64,000 nucleotides of DNA from Pristiophorus japonicus (lineage: Eukaryota): contig NW_027254627.1 in NCBI RefSeq assembly GCF_044704955.1, positions 1-64,000 on the forward strand, read 5' to 3'. The position numbers were made by a program, and so were the translations under genes. Of the stretch, positions 1 through 10,168 are shown piece after piece (positions within the stretch are counted from its first letter, which is position 1; each line of letters begins with the position of its first letter). The notes beneath the pieces are model-generated. The model was not told the DNA's origin. It did not search any database and was given only the letters and a program-made list of their open reading frames with translations.

Positions 1-1650
1 GGGGAAAGGAGATGGGGGGGAAAGGGGATGGGGGGGAAAGGGGATGGGGGGGAAAGGAGATGGGGGAAAGGAGATGGGGGGAAAGGAGATGGGGGGGAAA
101 GGAGATGGGGGAAAGGAGATGGCGAGGAAAGGAGATGGGGGGAAAAGGAGATTGGTGGGGGGGGGAAAGGAAATGGGGGGGGGGGGGGAAAGGAGAAGTG
201 GGGGAGGCTGAATGGGCCGGGCTCGAGACTTTGGGCAGGGCCCGTCCCCAGCACCAGATTTACAGGTAGGTGGCGTTGGGTTGGGTTGGGTTGGGTCGGG
301 ATCGCGTTTCGTGTCGGGGGGAGCGCGGGTCGGGTTGGGGGGGTGGTGGGAGGGGGGTCGGTTCGGTTCGGGTCGGGGGGGGAGGGAGGGAGAGGGAGGT
401 CAGGTCGGGTGGAGGGAGGTCAGATCGCGACCAGTCGGGGGAGGGAAAGCGGGAGTCAGGTCGGGGTCGGTGTCGGGTCGGAGTTGGGGGCGGGTCCGGT
501 CCGGGGACGGGGGAAGCGGGAGTCGGGTTGGGGTCGGGGGCGGGTCGGAGTCGGGGGCGGGTCCGGTCCGGGGGCGGGGGAAGCGGGAGTCGGGTCGGAG
601 TCGGGGGCGGGTCCGGTCCGGGGGCGGGGGAAGCGGGAGTCGGGTCGGAGTCGGGGGCGGGTCCGGTCCGGGGGCGGGGGAAGCGGGAGTCGGGTCGGAG
701 TCGGGGGCGGGTCCGGTCCGGGGGCGGGGGAAGCGGGAGTCGGGTCGGTGTCGGGGTCGGGGGGAGGGGGGCGGAAGCGGGAGTCGGGTCGGGGTCGGGG
801 ATTGGGGGGGTGGTTGGGGGAAGCGGGAGTCGGGTCGGGGTCGGGTCCGGTCCGGGGGCGGGAGGGGGGGGGAGCGGGAGTCAGGTCGGTATCGGTGTCG
901 GGTCGGGGTCGGGGGCGGGTCCGGTCCGGGGGCGGGGGAAGCGGGAGTCGGGTCGGTGTCGGGGTCGGGGGGAGGGGGGCGGATGCGGGAGTTGGGTCGG
1001 GGTCAGGTCGGGTGTGGGGGCGGGGGGGGAAGCGGGAGTCGGGTCGGTGTCGGGTGTGGGGGCGGGGGGGGGAGCGGGAGTCGGGTCGGTGTTGGGTGTG
1101 GGGGCGGGGGGGGGGAGCGGGAGTCGGGTCGGTGTCGGGGTCGGGGGGAGGGGGGCGGATGCGGGAGTCGGGTCGGGGTCGGGGATTGGGGGGGTGGTTG
1201 GGGGAAGCGGGAGTCGGGTCGGGGTCAGGTCGGGTGTGGGGGCGGGGGGGGAGCGGGAGTCGGGTCGGGGTCGGGGATTGGGGGGGTGGTTGGGGGAAGC
1301 GGGAGTCGGGTCGGGGTCGGGTCGGGTCCGGGAGCGGGGGGGGGGAGCGGGAGTCGGGTCGGTGTCGGGTCCGGTCCCCAGGCGGGGGGCAGTAAGCGGG
1401 AGTCGGTGTCGGGTCGGGTCCGGGGGCGGGGGAAGCGGGAGTTGGGTCGGGGTCGGGGTCGGGGGGGGCGGTTGGGGGAAGCGGGAGTCGGGTCGGGGTC
1501 GGGGTCGGGGGGGGCGGTTGGGGGAAGCGGGAGTCGGGTCGGGGTCGGGTCGGGTCCGGGGGCGGGGGGGGGGAGCGGGAGTTGGGTCGGTGTCGGGTCC
1601 GGTCCCCAGGCGGGGGGCAGTAAGCGGGAGTCGGTGTCGGGTCGGGAGGA
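1..1650. repeat. G-rich low-complexity/minisatellite block: (GGGGGAAAGGAGAT)n at 1-200, then a ~50-bp unit GGGTCGGAGTCGGGGGCGGGTCCGGTCCGGGGGCGGGGGAAGCGGGAGTC and degenerate variants
   Basis: Tandem periodicity is directly visible (e.g. 541-740). The long Gly/Arg/Ser ORFs in all three + frames are a by-product of base composition. Confidence 0.95.
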
Positions 1651-1877
1651 AGTAGGAGCTGTAGTGCCCACTGTAGCGCGCATGTGCAGAGGTCCCGGCA
1701 CTGTTTTTAGCGCAGGGACCTGGCTCCGCCCCCTACAGCTCCTGCTGCGCTGCGCCGAGGGCCGAGGGCAGGGAGGTGGAGAATCTGGAGAGTTTTTTTA
1801 GGCGCACTTTGTGGCGCGAAAAACGGGCGTCCAGGTCAGGACTGCGCCGTTCTAGGCGCGTGTGGAAACTTGGGCCC
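1651..1877. mobile_element. Probable terminus of a non-autonomous DNA transposon (PIF/Harbinger-like MITE)
   Basis: GC-rich segment ending ...GGAAACTTGGGCCC. It cuts a CR1 ORF2 fragment right after the 'NVTPL' motif. The partner terminus is not in the window. Confidence 0.4.
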
Positions 1878-2182
1878 ATAGTGGGGTTACATTTTCTACC
1901 TTCCAATCCGCAGGAGCTGTTGTAGAATCTATGGAATTTTGGAACATGACAACCAATGCAGCCACTATCTCTACAGCCACCTCTTTTAAAACCCTGGGAT
2001 GTAGGCCATCAGGTCCAAGGGATTTAACTGCTTTTAGTCCCATTAATTTCTTCAGCACATTTTTTTACGAATAGTAATTTATTTCAGTTCCTCATTCTCA
2101 CTTAACCCTTGGTTCTCCACTATTTCCAGGAATGTTTTTTGCATCTTCTTCCGTGAAGACAGACCCAAAGTATTTGTTTAAT
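1878..2182 (-). mobile_element. CR1 LINE ORF2 fragment
   Basis: ORF 1852-2058: KSLGPDGLHPRVLKE...DWKVENVTP, the typical CR1 pre-RT motif. Confidence 0.85.
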
Positions 2183-2305
2183 AGGCAAAATATGGATTGT
2201 CAATGAAGAATGACAAATGCAGTGTACCAATAATATAGAATCTCATGGTGATGGGTTAATACTGTAGTATATACAGTGACAAGGGTTAATACAGTAGTAT
2301 AGAAT

Positions 2306-3790
2306 TATAGAATGGTTACAACACGGAAGAAGGTTATTTGACCCGTCGAGCCCATGGGAACAGTTTCTATCCTGTCCAGACCCCTCAAGATTTTGAACAT
2401 CTCTATCAAAGCTCCTCTCAATCTTCTCTGGTCTAAGGAGAACAACCCCAGCTTCTCCAGTCGAGCCATGTAACTGAAGTCCCTCATCCCTGGAATCATT
2501 CTCATAAATCTTTTCTGTACCTCTCTAAGGTCTTCACATCCTTCCTAAAGTGTGGAGCCCAGAATTGGACACAATACTCCAGTTGAGGCCGAACCAGTGT
2601 TTTATAAAGGTTCATCATAATTTCCTCGCTTTTGTACTCTATACCTCTATTCATGAAGCCCAGGATTCCGTCAGCTTTTTTATGCTTTCTGATTTTTTAA
2701 TGCTTTGCTGCTGTCTCAACCTGCCCTGCCACCTTCAACAATCTATGCACATATACCCCTAGGTCTCTCTACTCATGCATCCCCTTTAGAATTGTACCCA
2801 TTAGTTTATATTGTCTCTCCTCATTCTACCAAATTATATAAATTAACACTTTTCTGCATTAAATGTAATCTACCACGTGTCTGTCCATTCCACCAGCCTG
2901 TCTATGTCCTCTGGCAGTCTATCACTATCCTCCTCACTGTACACGATACATACATTGTGTCATCTTCAAATTTTGAAGTTGTGCCCTTATACACCTGCAT
3001 CCAAGTCATTAATATATATCAAGAAAAGCAGTGGTCCTAGAACCGACCTCTGGGGAACACCATTGTATAACTTCTTCAAGTCCGAAAAACTACCGTTCAC
3101 CACTACTCTCTGTTTCCTGTCGTTTAGCCAATGTTGTATCCATGCTGCCACTGTCCCTTTTATTCCATGGGCTTCAACTTTGCTGGCAAGCCTGTTAAGT
3201 GGCACTTTGTCGAATACCTTTTGGAAATCTATGTACACCACGTCAATCTCATTGCCCTCATCAACCCTCTCTGTAACCTCATCAAAAAGCTCCATCAATT
3301 TGGTTAAACACAATTTGCCTGAACAAATCCGGCTTTTCTTAATTAATCCACATCTGTCCAAGTGACTGTTCATTTTATCCCTAATTATTGTTACTAAAAG
3401 CTTCCCCACTACCGAGGTTAAAATGACTGGCCTGTAGTTGTTGGGTTTATCTTTACACCCATTTCTGAACAATGGTGTAACATTTGCAATTCTCCAGACC
3501 TCTGGCACCAGCCCTGTTTCTATGAAGGATTGGAAGATTATGGCCAGTACCTCCGCGATTTCTTCCTTCACTTCTCTCAGTGTCCTAGTATACATCCTAT
3601 TTAATCCTGGTGGTTTATCTAGGTTCAATACAGCCAGCCTTTCTAGTATATCCTCTTCATAATTTTTATCCCATCCAGTATCTCCTCTACCTCCTCCTTC
3701 ACTATGTTTATGGCAGCATCTTCTTCCTTGGTGAAGACAGATGTAAAGTGTTCATTTATCACTTCAGCCAAACCCTCTGCCTCAATGCAT
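2306..3790 (-). mobile_element. Decayed CR1 LINE, RT and 3' part
   Basis: ORFs 2987-3628 (NYRPV, DFQKVFDKVP, GVPQ-SVLGP) and 2305-2505 (RLEKLGLFSL..RRLRG). Confidence 0.9.
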
Positions 3791-4064
3791 GTGCCTGTTT
3801 TCTAGCCTTACACCTCATCTTACTACCCGATTACTATGTACGCAGTCTCGTTTGGTGGTGGCTGCCCATGTTTTTGTACCTTGTACTTTGGGCACCCACC
3901 TTTCATGTTTAAATTAAGGACCACCCCCAGACACCGCGTATTTCAATAGAGACCAGGGGGATTTTTGGCCCCAGCATCCCCAAAATTGCACAGTTTGCAG
4001 GAACTGATGGATTCGGTCAGTTAAGAAGAAAAAGTGCTTGTACCTTTCACAACCTCGGGCCCTC

Positions 4065-4192
4065 ACAAAGCACTGCATGGACTGCAACGGTTCAAGAAGG
4101 CAGCTCACTGCCACCTTCTGCGAGGGTCATTAGGGATGGGCAATAAATGCCGCCCTTGCCAGCAATGCCCACATCCCATGAATTAATAAGAA
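4065..4192 (+). mobile_element. 3' tail fragment of the single-ORF CR1/L2-group LINE family (related to 26333/30369-30830)
   Basis: GGTTCAAGAAGGCAGCTCAC...GGGATGGGCAATAAATGC...CCCACATCCCATGAAT matches the reverse complement of 30369-30455 and 26340-26363. Confidence 0.7.
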
Positions 4193-4572
4193 AGCAGCCA
4201 ATGAAGTACTTTTTGAAGTGCAGTCTCTGCTGTGATGCATGGTATCGCAGGGCCAATTTGCGCACAGCAAGCTCTCACAAATAGCAATGTGATAGCCTGT
4301 ATATTTTTGCTTTTTTCAGGGATTGGTATTGGCCAGGACACCAGGGAGAATCACTGCGCTTTAAAATAGTGCCATGGGATCTTTTACATCCATCTGTGAG
4401 GGCAGATGGGGCCTCGGTTTAACATCTCATCCGAGAGACAGCACCTCTGACAGTGCAGTGCTCCCTCAGTACTGCACTGGGAAAGTCAGCCGAGATTATG
4501 TGCTCGAGTGTGATTTGAAAACAAGACCTTCTGTCTCTGAGGCGAGAGTGCTACCCACTGAGCCACAGCTGA
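4192..4572 (-). mobile_element. tRNA-derived DeuSINE (SacSINE1/AmnSINE-like)
   Basis: Deu-domain-like core on the minus strand (TGCACTGTCAGAGGTGCTGTCTCTCGGATGAGATGTTAAACCGAGGCCCC...GATGTAAAAGATCCCATGGCACTATT) behind a tRNA-like head (TGGCTCAGTGGGTAGCAC...TTCAAATC). Family name is from recollection of the consensus, not a search. Confidence 0.75.
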
Positions 4573-4648
4573 TGAGTGTTTTGTGTTACACCGCCCGTCC
4601 TCACTGTACAACCTCTGTATACTGGAGAATGTAGGAATGGTTTCTTAC

Positions 4649-4999
4649 CATGTACGAGCTGCAGGCGTGTCTCAGTCTGGATCAGATTTATGTAATTGTC
4701 CCATCCCTTGTACTCCACCAGACACAGGTAAGTGTGGTTGTCCTTCACGCTCAGCTGCTTTATCCTGGTTGAAGCGTTTCCCTCCTTTGGGTTCCCGATG
4801 AGCTCGTACCGATTTCCACCATTTACAGTTGTCCAAGACCCTTTTGATTGGGCTCTAAATGTGACTATGTGTTGGTAGGGCTCCTTCCTCATCCATGTAA
4901 CAGTGGTCAGGTTGGTGTAGTCGCTGGGTGTGAACATACAGGGCAATGTAACCGAAGCTCCCTCGGTCCCTCTCACCACTGAGCCATTTCCACTAGCAG
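4649..4999 (-). CDS. Coding exon 3 of a Siglec-15-like Ig-superfamily gene: second V-set domain, no essential Arg
   Basis: Acceptor ...gtcctttcctcag|CT at 4999 and donor CATG|gtaaga at 4649; phase 1-1, 351 bp, open. Protein has VTLPC, VTW, RYELIGN, NAS..IKQL...D..TYLCLVE and TRLQLV. Confidence 0.9.
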
Positions 5000-5562
5000 C
5001 TGAGGAAAGGACAGACATCACAATATATCAGCGTTTTGATGAGAACTTTAATTTGTTTCAGTTCAGAGCTCTCCCTGTGGCCTATTGGTAGAGGCATTGC
5101 CCAGTGTCAGTAAGGATCCCAGGGAATGTGGGGTCAGGGGGCCAGGTAGCAGAATGGATTGAGAGATGCTACAAAACAGAAAATAGAGGATAGGAGACTA
5201 GCAGAAAGTGGGAGGTGGCATCCTTTGACTTACATTGAATGGTTCTATTAATACAACCCAATACCATCTGCTTTGGCTCTACATTGTTCCTGCACCGAGA
5301 GTGATCTATGCACAATAACACCTGGATCCCTTTCTCTCTGAACCACTTTCAGTGTTGTTCTCTGAAAATGGTAAGTGTATTCTGTGTTGATCCTACCTAC
5401 CTGCATCACACTGCATTTGTCGAGGTTAAATGCCGTATCAAATTTCTCATATGCTGTATCGCAAAATAGTATAACTGAAAGAAATCTATCTAATGTGCAT
5501 TTGCCTCACCCAAATGGCCTTCCTTAGAGCACAAGCCTGGTCAATGCATGTCAATGGACTAT

Positions 5563-8500
5563 TTAAGAACTTAAGAACATAAGAAATAGAAGCAGGAGTA
5601 GGCCATACGGCCCCTTGAGCCTGCTCCGCCATTTAATACGATCTTGGCTGATCTGATCATTGACTCAGGTCCACTTTCCTACCCTCTCCCCACAACCCCT
5701 TATTCCCTTATCGGTTAAGAAACTGTCTATCTCTGCTTTAAACGTATTCAATGTCCCAGCTCTCACAGCTCTCTGAAGCAGCGAATTACACAGATTTGCA
5801 ACCCTCTGAGAAAAGAAATTTCTCCTCATCTCAGTTTTAAATGGGCGGCCCTTTATTCTAAGATTATGCCCCCTAGTTCTAGTTCCCTTCATCAGTGGAA
5901 ACATTGGGCCCATACTCTCTACACCTTGTTAAGCACCCTCATAATCTTATACGTTTTGATAAGATCACCTCTCAATCTTCTGAATTCCAATGAGTAGAGG
6001 CCCAACCTACTCAAACTTTCCTCATAAGTCAACCCCCTCATCTCCGGAATCAACCTAGTGAACCTTCTCTGAACTGCCTCCAAAGCAAGTATATCCTTTT
6101 GTAAATATGGAAATCAAAACTGTACGCAGTATTCCAGGTGTGGTCTCACCAATACCTTGCATAACTGTAGCAAGACTTCCCTGCTTTTATACTCCATCCC
6201 CTTTGCAATAAAGGCCAAGATTCCATTGGCCTTCCTGATCACTTGCTGTACCTGCATACTAACCTTTTGTGTTTCATGCACAAGAACCAACAGGCCCCGC
6301 TGTTCTTCAGCACTTTGCAATCTTTCTCCATTTAAATGTTAGATGCAGGAAGAATGTTCCCGATGTTGGGAAAGTCCAGAACCAGGGGACATAGTCTAAG
6401 GATAAGGGGTAAGCCATTTAGGACTGAGATGAGGAGAAACTTCTTCACTCAGAGAGTTGTTAATCTTTGGAATTCCCTACTGCAGAGAGTTGTTGATGCC
6501 AATTCATTGGATATATTCAAGCGGGAGTTAGATATGGCCCTTAGGGCTAAAGGGATCAAGGGGTATGGAGAGAAAGCAGGAAAGGGGTACTGAGGTGAAT
6601 GATCAGCCATGATCATGTTGAATGGTGGTGCAGGCTCGAAGGGCTGAATGGCCTACTCCTGCACCTATTTTCTACGTTTCTTTGTAATAACTTGCTCTTT
6701 GATTTTTTTCTGTCAAAGTGCATGACCTCACACTTTCCAACATTATACGCATCTGCCAAATTTTTGCCCACTCACTTAGCTTGAAGATTTTTTGTGCCCT
6801 CACACATTGCTTTTCCTCCCATTTTGTATCATCAGCAAACTTGGCTACGTTACATTCGGTCCCTTCTTCCAAGTCGTTAACATAGATTTTAAATAGTTGG
6901 GGTCCCAGCACTAATCCCTGCGGCATCCCACTAGTTACTGATCTAACTTACTTCCTGCATCTAACCTGTCTAAACCCATCAGAATTTTAAACGTTTCTAT
7001 GAGGTCGCCTCTCATTCTTCTGAACTCCAGTGAATACAAGCCCAGTTGATCCAGTCTTTCTTGATAGGTCAGTCCCGCCATCCCGAGAATCAGTCTGGTG
7101 AACCTTCGCTGCACTCCCTCAATAGCAAGAATGTCCTTCCTCAGGTTAGGAGACCAAAACTGTACACAATACTCCAGGTGTGGCCTCACCAAGGCCCTGT
7201 ACAACTGTAGCAACACCTCCCTGCCCCTGTACTCAAATCCCCTCGCTATGAAGGCCAACATGCCATTTGCTTTCTTAACCGCCTGCTGCACCTGCATGCC
7301 AACCTTCAATGACTGATGTACCATGACACCCAGGTCTCGTTGCACCTCCCCTTTTCCTAATCTGTCACCATTCAGATAATAGTCTGTCTCTCTGTTTTTA
7401 CCACCAAAGTGGATAACCTCACATTTATCCACATTATACTTCATCTGTCATGCATTTGCCCACTCACCTAACCTATCCAAGTCGCTCTGCAGTCTCATAG
7501 CATCCTCCTCGCAGCTCACACTGCCACCCAACTTAGTGTCATCCGTAAATTTGGAGATACTACATTTAATCCCCTCGTCTAAATCATTAATGTACAGTGT
7601 AAACAGCTGGGGCCCCAGCACAGAACCTTGCGGTACCCCACTAGTCACTGCCTGCCATTCTGAAAAGTACCCATTTACTCCTACTCTTTGCTTCCTGTCT
7701 GACAACCAGTTCTCAATCTATGTCAGCACACTACCCCCAATCCCATGTGCTTTAACTTTGCACATTAATCTCTTGTGTGGGACCTTGTCGAAAGCCTTCT
7801 GAAAGTCCAAATATACCACATCAACTGGTTCTCCCTTGTCCACTCTACTGGAAACATCCTCAAAAACCATTTATCCATTTATCCCGGCTCTCTGTTTTCT
7901 GTTTGATAGCCAATCCTCTATCCATGCTAATATATTACCCGCAACCCCATTAACTTATATCTTGTACAGTAACCTTTTATGGGGCACCTTGTCAAATGCC
8001 TTCTGGAAGTCCAAATATACCACATCCACTGGTTCCCCTTTACCCACCCTCTTCGTTACATCCTCAAAGAATGCCAGCAAATTTGTCAAACATGACTTCC
8101 CCTTCATAAATCCATGCTGACTCTGCCTGACCTATAGAAACTTTTGATATCTGTTTTTATATTTTGTGTTAGTTTAATTTCATAGTCTATCGTCCCTTTC
8201 TTAATAATTTTTTAGTCATTCTTTGCTGGCTTTTAAAAGCTTCGAAATCTTCTGTCCTCCCACTAGTTTTGGCCACTTTGTATGCCCTTGTTTTTAATTG
8301 GATTTATTTCTTTAGTTAGCCGCGGCTGGCTATCTTTTCTCTTGCACCCTTTCCTCCTCATTGGAATATATTTTTCTTGAGAGTTGTGAATTATCTCCTT
8401 AAACGTACACCACTACTCATCAATTGTCCTACACTTTAATCTATTTTCCCAGTCCACTTTAGCCAACTCTGCCCTCATGCCTTCATAGTCTCCTTTATTT

Positions 8501-8612
8501 AAGCTTAGTACGTTGATTAGAGATTCAACTTTCTCACCCTCCATCTAAATTTGAAATTTAATCATGCTATGATCACTCATTCCAAGGGGATCCTTTACTA
8601 GGACATTGTTTG
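5563..8612 (-). mobile_element. Nested CR1 cluster: a minus-strand CR1 (5563-6336, 6681-6937, 7867-8612) interrupted by a plus-strand 3' fragment (6337-6680) and a minus-strand piece of a younger subfamily (6951-7866)
   Basis: RT and C-terminal motifs in ORFs 5665-5913, 6114-6320, 6336-6593, 6672-6926, 6935-7444 and 7448-7705. The host sequence is collinear across the inserts. Confidence 0.88.
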
Positions 8613-8692
8613 TCTATGGAGAGCATCACAGGCAGGCCCAATGTCTCATCCAATGTCCAAGAACACACCTACTGGAGAATGATCAGGAGCAG

Positions 8693-9283
8693 TGTTGTAG
8701 GAAGTAGGCACCTGCAGAATATATCAAAACACTAGGCATTAGGCACCTGTTAAATATATCTCAACTCATATAAGTTTAAAGTGTCCACACATAAAATGGC
8801 TGCCCAGGCATGATGGGAAATTAGGTAGTCAAGCTGTGAACTATTGACTGAGCAATGACCGAGCAATGACCCTGTGAGGCCCACTACCAGGAATGCCTTG
8901 GATACAAGATAAGAATAATAAACCAATTATTTCCCCAGGAAGAAAGAGATAAGGAGAGAACCTATCTCCTATAACAAGGTCATTAATCAGCCCGAGCTGA
9001 CAAAAACCGAACATGCAGTTCCTGAGGCACCAGGGGAATTCTATTGGGTTAAAAGAACCTATATAATCGTTATGATTGGATTATGTCCAGCCGTGATGGG
9101 CTGAGTAACTGTAGTAAACTGTTGTGAAACATATAAAAATCCATGTAACCCTTTGTTCTGTGGAGAGAAGCCTGGATACAGTCCTGAGACTTCCTCCCCG
9201 CTGAGCGTTAATAAAGGCCGCATTGGCGTTGGAACCGACTCTGAGTGTTGAGTGATTCTTCTGAGAAAACATTCACGCTAACA
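8693..9283 (+). mobile_element. Solo LTR (591 bp) with 5-bp TSD AGCAG
   Basis: TGTT...AACA termini; AGCAG at 8688-8692 and 9284-9288; TATAAAA at ~9133 and AATAAA at ~9210 on the + strand. Confidence 0.85.
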
Positions 9284-9427
9284 AGCAGGAACCCCAGGCA
9301 ATATACCCCCTTCATAGCCCGGGGTTGCTGAAAGTTTATTGATCCGTGTGGCTCAGGACCAGACCAGGTGGAGCCTTTCCCCACTAAGCTATCGGAGCAG
9401 CGACAGCCCCTGAGCATTGATCCTCAC

Positions 9428-9814
9428 CTCTCACACTCAGATCCGTTCCTTTCGATGTTCCAAATTTGCCAATATTGAGCTCCACACGACACAGATAACC
9501 AGCATTGTCCGCCTGGCTCAGCCGCTCCATCATTATCGAGGCATCTTTGTTGCTGAGGTTCCCCACGAATCTCAATCGATTCCCGCCTTCCTGCTGCCTC
9601 ACAATCTCACACAGCTCGCCCTGTTTATGGCCCAGACCAGAATATGTGCAGGTAAAAATAACGTTCCCTCTGTGACCTTTGAACCAAATCACAGTGCCGG
9701 TGAGCGGGCGATCAGTGGGTGGGTGGGTGAAACTGCACGGCAAGACAGCAGACCTCCCTTCCTCAGCACTCACTGTATCCGCGATGGTCATTGTCCAACC
9801 ATTGACAGAAAGCT
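9428..9814 (-). CDS. Coding exon 2 of the Siglec-15-like gene: N-terminal V-set sialic-acid-binding-type domain
   Basis: Acceptor ...tctctctccacag|AG at 9814 and donor AGAG|gtgagg at 9428; phase 1-1, 387 bp. WTMTIADTVSAEEGRSAVLPCSFTHP...IW...FTC...ELC...RFVGN...ERL..AD...YLCRVE has the 4-Cys pattern and F-strand Arg of Siglec-15. Confidence 0.92.
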
Positions 9815-9894
9815 CTGTGGAGAGAGAGACAACATTAACACAGCACTGGGTCAGACTCAGTGTTTCGAAAACATACTACGAGACGATATACTGA

Positions 9895-10168
9895 GGGGGC
9901 AAAATTGCCATTTTTATCGCCGGGAAATGGTTTCTGCCCGGGCGCGGAGCAAACATCGCCCCCCCCGTGGAATTGGGCGGGGGGTTTTGCGGAGGTGCTA
10001 CGAGGCAGCGCGGCGATGATGATGTCATCGTCCCCTTACTGACCCGCAAGTTAAATTGCCCCGAACAACCTACCTTAGCGCCTGGCGTTGACAACAACAG
10101 CTTCAGCTTGTAGTCAGGAACCGGATGGAGAGCGCTATTTAAAGTGCCATCTACCCAATCTATCATCA
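9895..10168. mobile_element. Possible Harbinger-like MITE fragment
   Basis: Abrupt GC-rich segment starting GGGGGCAAAATTGCC, resembling G-rich termini at ~3956-3972 and ~26057. Confidence 0.35.

Noticed and set aside
1-1650. Ig switch-region-like R-loop element next to Ig-domain exons
   Set aside because: The G-rich strand is the template strand of the minus-strand gene, opposite to switch regions. AGCT motifs are not enriched, and the gene is not an antigen receptor.
12-1801. Long Gly/Arg/Ser-rich ORFs (455-529 aa) in all three + frames
   Set aside because: Stop codons are absent only because of the G-rich repeat; there are no splice signals or domain features.
5897-5914. GGAAACATTGGGCCCATA inside a CR1, resembling the MITE terminus at 1864-1880
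   Set aside because: Too short to distinguish a transposon footprint from chance.
6337-7866. Twin-priming 5' inversion: the + piece at 6337 and the - piece ending at 6951 both break near GTTAGATGCAGGAAG
   Set aside because: The pieces are separated by ~270 bp of collinear host CR1 and carry diagnostic bases of different subfamilies, so independent insertions are more likely.
4600-9830. Rearranging Ig/TCR/NAR V segments
   Set aside because: Both V exons include the G strand and end in GT splice donors; no heptamer-spacer-nonamer RSS follows them.
9417-10019. 200-aa + strand ORF, and the many 60-230 aa ORFs antisense to CR1/Gypsy genes
   Set aside because: These are shadow ORFs of real opposite-strand coding sequence, with no independent motifs.
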